The notes under the pieces were generated by a model, which worked only from the letters and a program-made list of their open reading frames with translations, was not told where the DNA came from and made no database searches. A DNA stretch of 57,413 bases from Candidatus Ancaeobacter aquaticus. Its GTDB lineage: Bacteria > Auribacterota > Ancaeobacteria > Ancaeobacterales > Ancaeobacteraceae. Shown piece by piece: positions 47,374 to 56,447 of the stretch (positions are counted from its first letter, which is position 1; the number at the start of each line of letters is the position of its first letter). The DNA is taken from the NCBI GenBank assembly GCA_030765405.1, contig JAVCCP010000054.1, positions 1 through 57,413 of the forward strand. Direction: 5' to 3'. The position numbers and the translations under genes are program-made.

Positions 47374-48480
47374 ATGTTTGAAATAGTGAAGAAAAAAGAG
47401 TTAGCATGTAAAAATGTGCTTGTTATTAATCCTTTCGGGATAGGTGATGTGCTTTTCACAACACCTCTTTTAGCAAGATTACGATCGTTATTGCCCAACG
47501 GTGCCAAAATAACTTTTTTATGTAATAGACGTGCAGAGCCTATATTAGAATCTAATGATGCTATTAATAAGGTGGTGGTGTTTGAAAAGGATGAATATAG
47601 AAAACTGTGGAAAGAGTCAAAAATACGTTTCTGTAAAGTGTTTGCTTCTTTTGTCTATCATATATATAACCAGAAATTTGATGCGGTATTTGATATATCG
47701 TTAGGAAGACAGTATTCATTCTGGTGCATGTTGCTCAAAATTCCTATGCGTGTTGGTTTTAATTATCGAAACCGAGGCCGGTTTTTAACCCATAAAATTA
47801 ACATAGGTGGTTTTACCGAAAAACCTATTCCCGAGTATTATCTGGATTTGCTTCGGTTGTTTAACGTTACGGTCAATGCTGCATCACTGTCTTTTCCTTT
47901 GAAGGAAGAGGTGTTGAGGCAGGCGGACATTTTTTTAGAGGAAAATATGTTATTAAATGCACCTGGTATAGTGGGAATAATGCCTGGTGGGGGGGAGTCG
48001 TGGGGAAAAGATGCCTATTATAAGAGGTGGACGCCATCTTATTTTGCCCAAGTGGCTGATTATATAGTTAAGAAATATGGATATACTCCTATTCTCTTTG
48101 GAAGTCGTTCAGAAGAAAGTATTTGTAAAGATGTTTTAAGACATATGGCGTCTAAAGGAATTATTGTCACGGACTTGGCCTTATCCGTATTTGCTGCAGT
48201 TCTAAAAAAATGTTCTTTTGTTATTTGTAATGATGGGGGACCTCTTCATATTGCGGTAAGTCAAGGTGTGCCGACAGTTTCAATATTTGGCCCGGTAAAT
48301 GAGGGGGTGTATGGTCCTTATCCAGCGTCAGACAAAGATGTTATCGTAAAAAACAATGTGTCATGCCGTCCCTGTTATTATCAATTTAGATATAAGGATT
48401 GCGACACGCATACATGCTTAAGAGATCTTTTGCCTCAACATGTTACAAAAGAGGTTGATATATTGGTCGACCGGATATAG
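47374..48480 (+). CDS. GT9 heptosyltransferase-family protein
   Basis: GIGDVLFTTP, YKRW, NDGGPLHIA, IFGP; ATG 47374 follows an AAGGGG RBS. Confidence 0.88.
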   Translation: MFEIVKKKELACKNVLVINPFGIGDVLFTTPLLARLRSLLPNGAKITFLCNRRAEPILESNDAINKVVVFEKDEYRKLWKESKIRFCKVFASFVYHIYNQKFDAVFDISLGRQYSFWCMLLKIPMRVGFNYRNRGRFLTHKINIGGFTEKPIPEYYLDLLRLFNVTVNAASLSFPLKEEVLRQADIFLEENMLLNAPGIVGIMPGGGESWGKDAYYKRWTPSYFAQVADYIVKKYGYTPILFGSRSEESICKDVLRHMASKGIIVTDLALSVFAAVLKKCSFVICNDGGPLHIAVSQGVPTVSIFGPVNEGVYGPYPASDKDVIVKNNVSCRPCYYQFRYKDCDTHTCLRDLLPQHVTKEVDILVDRI

Positions 48481-48540
48481 CTTTATTTCGGTATGTAATT
48501 ATGAATTGTCATGATATAATATCGCCTTTTGGAGTGGATT

Positions 48541-50742
48541 ATGGTTAAAGATAAAAATATCAAAAAAATTCTTATGGTGAAGCTTAGTTCTATTGGAGAT
48601 GTTGTTCACGCTCTTCCCATCCTAAAATCATTACGTGATACGTATCCTGAAGCATATATTGCATGGATGATAAAAAGAACGTGTAAAGATATCATTGAGG
48701 GCAATCCCTATCTTGATGAGGTCATAATATTCGAACGTGCACGATGGGGTAAATTGAGAAATATCTTTCTGACGGTCAAAGAGATATTTCTATTTATGAA
48801 ATCTATCAGATCAAAAAAATTTGACGTTGTTGTTGATTTTCAGGGTCTTTTCTATACCGGTTTAGTAACATTCTTTACCGGATGTAAAAAAAGGTACGGG
48901 TTTAAAAATGCGCGAGAATTTTCCTTTATATTTTATAATAGAAAAGTAGCTGTTCCCACAATGGAGATGCATGCGGTAAATAGATATTTTCTTCTTGCCG
49001 AAGCGTTGGGCGCAACTCATAGAAAGCCCGAGTTTACCATTGCCGTATCATCGGCTGATAGCGAAAAAGTTGATTCGCTCCTTGCTCAATACACACAAGG
49101 AGACAGTACTAAACCTGTTATTGCAATAAATCCTTCTGCTCGTTGGATCACTAAGCAGTGGCAGATGGAAAAATTTGCTGAGCTGTCAGATGCACTTGCT
49201 CGTCAGATGAATGCCGTTATTGTTCTTATTGGAAGTAGCGCAGATAAAGAATTAGTTGAAAGATTGATCGAAAGAATGAAAACGAATCCTTTAAATGCAA
49301 CAGGCAGAACAAATCTCAAGCAGCTTGTCGCTCTTCTGGAGAAGACGGATTTAGTTATCAGTAATGACACCGGTCCAATGCATATCGCTGTTGCAGTGGG
49401 AACACCGGTTTTAGGGCTTTTTGGCCCTACTAATCCTGTAAGAACGGGTCCTTTTGGATTGGAGCACGTAGTTATCAGGAAAGATATTTTTTGCAGCCCT
49501 TGTCTTAAGAAAAAATGCTGCGATCTTATATGTATGGATCTATTAACCACTGAGGATGTTTTACACGCAGTTCACGAAAATATAGTTAAGGGAACCTTTT
49601 CGAAAATATCACCTAAAAAAGTCGATCGACTTAGAGCGCAAATGAACATTATTGATGAGATCGGAGATCACACCTTAGATGTGTTGATTTTAAGTGACGG
49701 TAAAGCCGGTCATGTAAATCAAACGGTGGGTATGGTTAAGAATATTGATAACGTGAATTATCATGTAGCGCGAATAAAATACCGCACAACGTTTCATCGT
49801 GGGTTAGCATGGGTTGCGGGTGTGTGTGGGCTGGGAGAAACGGGATTTTTAAAAAGCATGTTAAAGCCAAATAGTTATCGCCAGATTATGGAGTCTGTGC
49901 CGAAAGTCGTTCTTTCAGCCGGTATATCGGTAGCGCCGATTAATCTCATGCTGGGAAGAATATTTAAGGCGAAAAAAGTGGTTAGTATGAAACCGGGGCC
50001 TCTCAAATTGAAACGTTTTGATCTTGCGATTATCCCTATGCATGATGACCCTCCGAAAATGGATAATGTAGTGGAAACATTAGGTGCCCCAAATATTATT
50101 GGTAAAGAGCTTTTAGAAGCTGAAAAAGATAAAATTGTTCATAATATTCACTTTAAGAAAGATATTAAAATAGGCGTATTTATTGGGGGAGAAACGCCAG
50201 ATTATTTTATTTCTAAAAAGACTATGCTTGTATTAATCCAGAAGATAAAGGATCTATGTAATGAGTTTGATGCAGAAGTATTAATTGCAACATCGAGAAG
50301 AACCGCGCGTGGTTTGGAAAAATTATTATCACAAGCGTTTGACAATGATCCGAGATGTAAAATGCTCCTATTGGCGAGTCAGGCTGAGACAAATCCCATA
50401 CCGGGGATATTGAGCGTGAGTGATATTATTGTTGTTACTGAAGAAAGTATATCCATGGTCTCTGAAGCTGCGAGTTCAGGTAAATATGTCTTTGTCTTAA
50501 AAATTGATAGGAAAGAAAACAGAAAACTTAAACAAGAACGTACGATTGAGGAATTAGTGATACATGGATATGTATTAAAATCTGATGTTTTTACTCTTTA
50601 TAACACTATTGTAAACTTCTGGCCGACACGTAAACCTCCCAAAATTCTAAATGACACTGTTGTTGCATCTGAAGCACTTGCGAAACTACTTGAGCAATGT
50701 GGTTTTAATAGAGATATTGCATATCTCAAGAAAGTTAGTTGA
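48541..50742 (+). CDS. Fusion: GT9 heptosyltransferase (WaaC/WaaF-like) plus ELM1/GtrOC1-like domain
   Basis: N-half LSSIGDVVHALP, TKQW, NDTGPMHIA; C-half LSDGKAGHVNQ, IPMHD, TSRRT, NPIPG, TEESISMVSEAASSGK; ATG 48541 preferred to TTG 48529. Confidence 0.8.
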   Translation: MVKDKNIKKILMVKLSSIGDVVHALPILKSLRDTYPEAYIAWMIKRTCKDIIEGNPYLDEVIIFERARWGKLRNIFLTVKEIFLFMKSIRSKKFDVVVDFQGLFYTGLVTFFTGCKKRYGFKNAREFSFIFYNRKVAVPTMEMHAVNRYFLLAEALGATHRKPEFTIAVSSADSEKVDSLLAQYTQGDSTKPVIAINPSARWITKQWQMEKFAELSDALARQMNAVIVLIGSSADKELVERLIERMKTNPLNATGRTNLKQLVALLEKTDLVISNDTGPMHIAVAVGTPVLGLFGPTNPVRTGPFGLEHVVIRKDIFCSPCLKKKCCDLICMDLLTTEDVLHAVHENIVKGTFSKISPKKVDRLRAQMNIIDEIGDHTLDVLILSDGKAGHVNQTVGMVKNIDNVNYHVARIKYRTTFHRGLAWVAGVCGLGETGFLKSMLKPNSYRQIMESVPKVVLSAGISVAPINLMLGRIFKAKKVVSMKPGPLKLKRFDLAIIPMHDDPPKMDNVVETLGAPNIIGKELLEAEKDKIVHNIHFKKDIKIGVFIGGETPDYFISKKTMLVLIQKIKDLCNEFDAEVLIATSRRTARGLEKLLSQAFDNDPRCKMLLLASQAETNPIPGILSVSDIIVVTEESISMVSEAASSGKYVFVLKIDRKENRKLKQERTIEELVIHGYVLKSDVFTLYNTIVNFWPTRKPPKILNDTVVASEALAKLLEQCGFNRDIAYLKKVS

Positions 50743-50794
50743 GAATGATTAACTGACATAGGTACTTTCATACGATAGTAATGGATAAATAATC

Positions 50795-52867
50795 ATGAAA
50801 ATTTTGCAAATGGTCCCTGAATTAGAATGTGGCGGTGTTGAAACCGGTACCGTTGATTTGGCTCTTATGCTTAAAGAACGCGGCCATATTCCTTATGTTA
50901 TCACTAGCGGTGGCAGTATGGTTGCAAAGCTGGAATCTTCTCAGGTAACCTGCATAAAGCTTCCCGTACATAAAAAATCAATTATATCGATTATCGGTAC
51001 TATATTTAAGGTGAGAAAGATTGTGCGTGAAGAAGACATTGATATTGTACATGCCCGAAGCCGTGTGCCCGGATGGATCGGATATTTTGCAGTACAAGGG
51101 ACGCATGCACATTTTGTAACTACTGCCCATGGATATTATAGTACCCATTTTGCAAGTAGGGTGATGGGTCGTGGCGAAAAAGTCATTGTGCCGAGCGCGG
51201 TAATATCAGAGCACATGGAAAATGATTTTGGGGTTGTTAAGGACAAGCTTGTTTTGATCCCACGCGGCGTTGATGTGAGAAAATTCAGAGAAAAGGAACC
51301 TGAACTCGGTGGCATTAAAGATACCTACAATATAGGTGTTATTGGACGATTGACGCCTATCAAAGGACATAGTTATGTTATTCGTGCACTAACAATTATA
51401 TTGCGCTCATTTCCACATGTTAAACTGTTTATTATAGGTGATGCCTATGGAAAGAAAGTACACTACAAAGATGAGTTAATACGGCTTGTTGAGGAACTCG
51501 GATTAAAAGATAATATTGTTTTTACCGGAGCATGTTCGGACGTATCAAAAATATTAGATAATTTAGATATTGTTATTCTGTCATCCATTGTTCCAGAAGC
51601 ATTTGGAAGGGTAATAACTGAAGCGTTTGCAGCCTGTGTGCCTGTTATTGCCACACGTTTGGGTGGTGCATTAGATATTATTGACGATAAGAAAAATGGT
51701 CTTTTAGTAGAACCAAAAGATGAGAATGCAATTGCCGAGGCAGTGACAACACTGTTTCAGGATCATAAACTTTGCGAGAAGATAATTAAAAATGCTCTCG
51801 AGAAAGTACATTCTGAATATACCCTCGAAAAGATGTACGAGAGAACATGTCAAGTGTATGAAGAATGTGTGAATACAAAAAAGATTCTTATTGTGAAACT
51901 AAGTGCGCTTGGCGATATCGTGCTTATCAGTCCTTCTGTCCGCGCCATTAAAAAGAAATATCCGTACGCTAAAATAACGGCGCTTACATCATCTCGATAT
52001 AAAGGCCTGTTCAAAAAATCGAGAGACATACATCATGTTCTTACCTATGATAAAGGGAACAATCCTCTTGCTCTTATGAAACTCATTAGAAAATTGCGTC
52101 ATTACCGGTTTGACATTGCTGTCGATTTTCAAAACACGTACCGAACTCATCTTATACTTTTTTTTGGTTGGATAAAAAAGTCGATAGGGTATAAAAGAAA
52201 ATGCGGTTTTTTGATGTCTGAAAGTGTTGATATGCCTACCACACCCATGGATCCTGTCAGTCACCAGTTTAAACTGTTAAGCGTGCTTGATATACCTCTT
52301 GAGAATAGACAAATAGAGTTTTGGACCGGTGAAGAAGATAAGAGAGCGGTAAAAAAGATATTTCGTGCTAACAATATTAATGAGGATGAAACTTTGATAG
52401 CAATAAATCCTGGGGGCAGTCATAAGTGGAAATCAAAGAGATGGCCAAGAGAAAGGTTTGCAGAGTTGATAAACGTGCTTTATGAACGTTACCAGGCGCG
52501 TACGGTTCTTATTGGCGGAAATGATCTCTCGGAATATAAGGATTATTTTAAGCAAAACCTGTCTGTTCCATATATTGATACCATTGGACTTACTTCAATT
52601 TCTGAGGCCGGTGAGCTTTTAAAACGGTGCAAACTTCTTGTTACCGGAGATAGCGCTCCGCTCCATATTGCTGCAGGATGCGCAGTGCCGTTTGTGGCAT
52701 TGTTTGGACCGACAGACCCTCATAAGCATATGCCTATTGCAAAAGGTACGGTTATTACTAAGAACGTTGAATGCAGTCCGTGTGTAAAAAACACGTGTGG
52801 GGAACACATATGTATGGAGAATATCACTGTCAGTGATGTTCTTGAAAAAGTAGCTCAATACATATAA
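50795..52867 (+). CDS. Fusion: GT4 glycosyltransferase plus GT9 heptosyltransferase
   Basis: N-half GGVETG, HARSR, PEAFGRVITEA; C-half LSALGDIVL, SKRWP, GDSAPLHIA. Confidence 0.85.
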   Translation: MKILQMVPELECGGVETGTVDLALMLKERGHIPYVITSGGSMVAKLESSQVTCIKLPVHKKSIISIIGTIFKVRKIVREEDIDIVHARSRVPGWIGYFAVQGTHAHFVTTAHGYYSTHFASRVMGRGEKVIVPSAVISEHMENDFGVVKDKLVLIPRGVDVRKFREKEPELGGIKDTYNIGVIGRLTPIKGHSYVIRALTIILRSFPHVKLFIIGDAYGKKVHYKDELIRLVEELGLKDNIVFTGACSDVSKILDNLDIVILSSIVPEAFGRVITEAFAACVPVIATRLGGALDIIDDKKNGLLVEPKDENAIAEAVTTLFQDHKLCEKIIKNALEKVHSEYTLEKMYERTCQVYEECVNTKKILIVKLSALGDIVLISPSVRAIKKKYPYAKITALTSSRYKGLFKKSRDIHHVLTYDKGNNPLALMKLIRKLRHYRFDIAVDFQNTYRTHLILFFGWIKKSIGYKRKCGFLMSESVDMPTTPMDPVSHQFKLLSVLDIPLENRQIEFWTGEEDKRAVKKIFRANNINEDETLIAINPGGSHKWKSKRWPRERFAELINVLYERYQARTVLIGGNDLSEYKDYFKQNLSVPYIDTIGLTSISEAGELLKRCKLLVTGDSAPLHIAAGCAVPFVALFGPTDPHKHMPIAKGTVITKNVECSPCVKNTCGEHICMENITVSDVLEKVAQYI

Positions 52868-52883
52868 AAGTGAGAAGTAAAAA

Positions 52884-53951
52884 ATGAGAAGTAAAAAAAA
52901 CGGAAATAAAGAAATAAAAGATATCTGTAACATACTTGTTGTTACAAAAAATTGGCTTGGCGATGCGGTGTGCACAACTCCCGCTATACGTGCAATAAAA
53001 GAAACGTATAAAGAAGCATCTGTTTCAGTTCTTTCCCATCCTCGATGTGTTCAAATATTTGAGGGAAATAGTGACCTGTCTAGTGTCATACCTTTTGAGA
53101 TAAGACGTGGTGTCCGTTCATTATTTGATCAGGTACGATTATTAAAAATACTGAAGTCTCATGCATTTGACACTGTCTTTGTCCTGCATCGTTCTCGTTC
53201 AATGGCATTTTTAACTTTTCTTTCGGGTATTAAATATAGAGTTGGTTATGGCACAAAAGGTCGCGGTGTTTTTCTCACTCATCCGGTATCTACACCTAAA
53301 GACGAAGATATGCATATGATAGCCTATCATCTTAATCTTCTTGAAGAGTGTGGGATTAAAGCGCGCTCGTGGGATTGTATTTTTCCTGTAAGCAAAGAGG
53401 ATGAAAATGCTGCTGAGAAATTGATCAAAGAACTTGGGTTGAGTAACGAAGACCGTATTATTCTTATAGGCCCAGGAGGAAACTGGGACCGTAAAAGATG
53501 GCCAGCATCATATTTTGCAAAACTTATTGATATCGTGAGTGATAGGTATAATGTACGCATTGTACTTACCGGTTCTCAAAAAGATGCTTACCTTGCGGAT
53601 ATAATTATGACACGAACAAAAAATCCTCCTTATAATGCTATGGGGAAAACGACCCTAAAATCTTTTGGAGCGTTGCTCAAAAGATCGAGGTTATATATTG
53701 GTAATGATTCAGGGCCGACACATATTGCAGCAGCATTAGCAGTACCTCTCATTGCTATATTTGGGCCTACAGAACCAAAGTTGACCGGTCCGTTAGGTAA
53801 AGGCAATATTGCTGTTTTAGTTAATTCTGTTGGGTGTACACTGCCGTGTCATGAGTCGTTTTGCGATGATTTACGTTGTATAGAATCGGTTCTTGTTGAT
53901 GATGTAGTAGCAGAAGTTAAAAAAGTTCTAGAAACCCCTTTTAATGGTTAG
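52884..53951 (+). CDS. waaF: LPS heptosyltransferase II-like (GT9)
   Basis: NWLGDAVCTTPA, RKRWP, GNDSGPTHIAAA, IFGPT. Confidence 0.75.
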   Translation: MRSKKNGNKEIKDICNILVVTKNWLGDAVCTTPAIRAIKETYKEASVSVLSHPRCVQIFEGNSDLSSVIPFEIRRGVRSLFDQVRLLKILKSHAFDTVFVLHRSRSMAFLTFLSGIKYRVGYGTKGRGVFLTHPVSTPKDEDMHMIAYHLNLLEECGIKARSWDCIFPVSKEDENAAEKLIKELGLSNEDRIILIGPGGNWDRKRWPASYFAKLIDIVSDRYNVRIVLTGSQKDAYLADIIMTRTKNPPYNAMGKTTLKSFGALLKRSRLYIGNDSGPTHIAAALAVPLIAIFGPTEPKLTGPLGKGNIAVLVNSVGCTLPCHESFCDDLRCIESVLVDDVVAEVKKVLETPFNG

Positions 53952-54903
53952 AGAAATTCGAAAAATTCTTTTTATTACTTTAAGTAATGTAGGTGATGTT
54001 GTATTGACGACGCCAGTCATGAATATTCTTTGCCAGCGGTATCCTCATGCCCATTTTACCATCCTTGTCGGGCCTAAAGCATCATCGGTTTTTGACGGTG
54101 ATCCGTTGGTTGATGAAGTTATCGAGTATAATAAAAAAGCTTCACTGAAAGAAAAGTGTACTCTTGTGCGGACACTGCGAAGAAAGAATTATGATGCTGT
54201 ATGCGATCTGCGTCATACCATTATACCAATATTTCTTCAAGGCACACTTCTTACACGATTAATAAGAAGAAAAGAAGAGGGCTTGCACGCGGCCATAGAT
54301 CATATGCGTAAATTGAAGAATGTGTCTCCACAAGAAACTCCATGTTTTCGCCTATTTGCATCAGAGAAAGCTCTGGATTTTCAAAAAGAGATATGGCAGA
54401 AATATGCGGTAGGTGAGACAGAACCTGTGTTTGGGATCAGTCCTCATGCGGCAAGTTCATTAAAACAATGGCCTATTGATAGATGTATTGAGCTCATAAA
54501 AAACATACAAAGCCAATACACAGCGCGGTGTGTTCTGATTGGTGGTAATGATGCGCGTGATATAGGTGAGAGTATTATGGATTCATGTCCTCAATGTATT
54601 AATCTTATAGGGCACACATCAATAAGTGAGCTTATTGCCATAATGAGTAAGATGAAGGGATTTGTAACAAATGATAGTGGGCCTCTTCATATAGCAAGTG
54701 CGTTAGATGTTCCAACTGTTGCGATTTTTGGGCCCTCTGATGATGTGCGGTACGGCCCGCGCGGAAAAAACCATTGTATCGTACATGATATTAATTGCAG
54801 GCCTTGCAAACTGGCACAATGTAAGTTTTCTACTCATGAATGTATAAAGTCAATAGGTGTTAAAGAAGTGTTTGATGCTGTTCATAATCTCGGAGTAATA
54901 TAA
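53944..54903 (+). CDS. GT9 glycosyltransferase
   Basis: LSNVGDVVLTTP, KQWP, TNDSGPLHIASA, IFGPS. Confidence 0.88.
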   Translation: MVREIRKILFITLSNVGDVVLTTPVMNILCQRYPHAHFTILVGPKASSVFDGDPLVDEVIEYNKKASLKEKCTLVRTLRRKNYDAVCDLRHTIIPIFLQGTLLTRLIRRKEEGLHAAIDHMRKLKNVSPQETPCFRLFASEKALDFQKEIWQKYAVGETEPVFGISPHAASSLKQWPIDRCIELIKNIQSQYTARCVLIGGNDARDIGESIMDSCPQCINLIGHTSISELIAIMSKMKGFVTNDSGPLHIASALDVPTVAIFGPSDDVRYGPRGKNHCIVHDINCRPCKLAQCKFSTHECIKSIGVKEVFDAVHNLGVI

Positions 54904-54909
54904 AACAAG

Positions 54910-55965
54910 ATGAAAGACAAACGCAAAAAGATATTAATTGTGAGAATGGATCGCATGGGGGATGTGCTTTTGAGCACACCTGCAATTCATGCTGTACGCA
55001 AACAATATAAAGACTCGTATATTGCTGTTTTAGTGAGGCCTTATACGGTCGATGCGGTCAAACATAATCCTGATATTGATGAAGTTATAGTTTATGATAA
55101 AGAATATGCACATAAAGGGATGGTTAATAATATTGGCTTTGTCGTGCATCTTTTCATGAAGAGATTTGATGTTGCACTTATTCTCCATAGCACGAACAGA
55201 TCGGTGCTCTTAAGCTTTTTAGCGGGTATCAAGAAGAGGGTGGGATATGACAGGAGACTAAAATATCTTTTAACTCATCCGATTCCGTATCGGAAGCATA
55301 AAGGGGAGAAACATGAGGTAGATTATTCCTTAGAATTAACGGTTTTACTGGGAGTTGATATCTCGCAAGCAACAAAAAAGCCATTGTTTGTTGTTTCTCA
55401 TGATGATGAACAATTTATTGGAACACTATTGCAAAATAAAGGGATAAAGAGAACTGATCGGATTATTTGCATTCATCCCGGAGCAAGTTGTCCTTCTAAA
55501 AGATGGTCCTTCCAGCGGTTTAGGGAAGTTGTGCAGCACTACAAAAAAAGAGATTCTGTACGTATTGTTATTATTGGTGGAGATGAAGAAATTGATACTG
55601 CTGACAGTATTGCACAAGGACATGAGGTAGGGGTAATTAATCTCGCGGGAGTGTTATCTATTGGACAAATGGGAGCAGTGCTAAAACATTCATGTTGCTT
55701 AGTATCAAATGATTCTGGGCCGGTACATGCAGCAAGCGCACTTAACGTACCTGTTGTTGTGCTTTTTGGAAGAAAAAATCCAGGATTAAGCTCTCAGGTG
55801 TGGGGACCTATAGGCGACAACAACATTGTCCTGCATAAGGATGTAGGGTGTGTTCACTGTTTAGCACATAATTGCAAAACCGGTTTTCAGTGTCTTGATG
55901 CAATAACTGTAGATGACGTTATTGGAGCGGTAAATACAATATTAGAAGAAAATAATGGTCACTAA
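54910..55965 (+). CDS. GT9 glycosyltransferase
   Basis: DRMGDVLLSTPA, SKRW, SNDSGPVHAASA, LFG. Confidence 0.88.
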   Translation: MKDKRKKILIVRMDRMGDVLLSTPAIHAVRKQYKDSYIAVLVRPYTVDAVKHNPDIDEVIVYDKEYAHKGMVNNIGFVVHLFMKRFDVALILHSTNRSVLLSFLAGIKKRVGYDRRLKYLLTHPIPYRKHKGEKHEVDYSLELTVLLGVDISQATKKPLFVVSHDDEQFIGTLLQNKGIKRTDRIICIHPGASCPSKRWSFQRFREVVQHYKKRDSVRIVIIGGDEEIDTADSIAQGHEVGVINLAGVLSIGQMGAVLKHSCCLVSNDSGPVHAASALNVPVVVLFGRKNPGLSSQVWGPIGDNNIVLHKDVGCVHCLAHNCKTGFQCLDAITVDDVIGAVNTILEENNGH

Positions 55966-55974
55966 AATTTTATT

Positions 55975-56002
55975 TTGACTATTATTTGGATTATGCTATA
56001 GT
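55975..56002 (+). promoter_or_regulatory. Sigma70-type promoter of tRNA-Asp
   Basis: TTGACT-16bp-TATAGT with extended -10 TG. Confidence 0.5.
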
Positions 56003-56075
56003 ATGCGTCTCTTGAACCTAAAAGATGGATGTAGGTTCTAGGAAAAAGTTCTTTTATTTAGGATATAAATATTAG

Positions 56076-56150
56076 GGGGGTGTAGCTCAATTTGGTTAGA
56101 GCGCTGCCCTGTCACGGCAGAGGTCGCGGGTTCAAGTCCCGTCACTCCCG
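56076..56150 (+). tRNA. tRNA-Asp(GTC)
   Basis: Cloverleaf: acceptor GGGGGTG/CACTCCC, anticodon arm CTGCC-CT GTC AC-GGCAG, T-loop TTCAAGT, discriminator G, CCA not encoded. Confidence 0.96.
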
Positions 56151-56415
56151 TATATACACAGAAGCCCTGTGATGCGAAAGCACCGCAGGGCTTTTTGTTT
56201 GTTCGGAGAAAGATGCTGATATGGCTGCGACCTCTGCCGTGACAGGTAAGAGTAGAGAAGTACATTGAGTATGAGGAAAGCAACCGAGGTGGGTTCATCC
56301 GACCAGATGGGATACTTCTTGTTTAAGGATAGATTTTGCGAAGCGAAATCTTTACTCCCGTCACTCCCGTATATACACAGAAGCTCTGTGATGCGAAAGC
56401 ACCGCAGGGCTTTTT
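56137..56415 (+). repeat. 60-bp direct repeat (56137-56196 and 56356-56415): tRNA-Asp 3' end plus terminator
   Basis: 59/60 identical, 159-bp spacer. Confidence 0.9.
56164..56196 (+). terminator. Intrinsic terminator of tRNA-Asp (second copy 56383-56417)
   Basis: GCCCTGTG-A-TGC GAAA GCA-C-CGCAGGGC followed by a T tract. Confidence 0.8.
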
Positions 56416-56447
56416 TTGTTTATTTAAGGTAAATAGTAATTTATAAT

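Noticed and set aside
56137..56415. CRISPR array
   Set aside because: Only two 60-bp repeats, derived from tRNA and terminator, with a 159-bp spacer and no cas genes; the heptamer tracts also lack repeat-spacer structure
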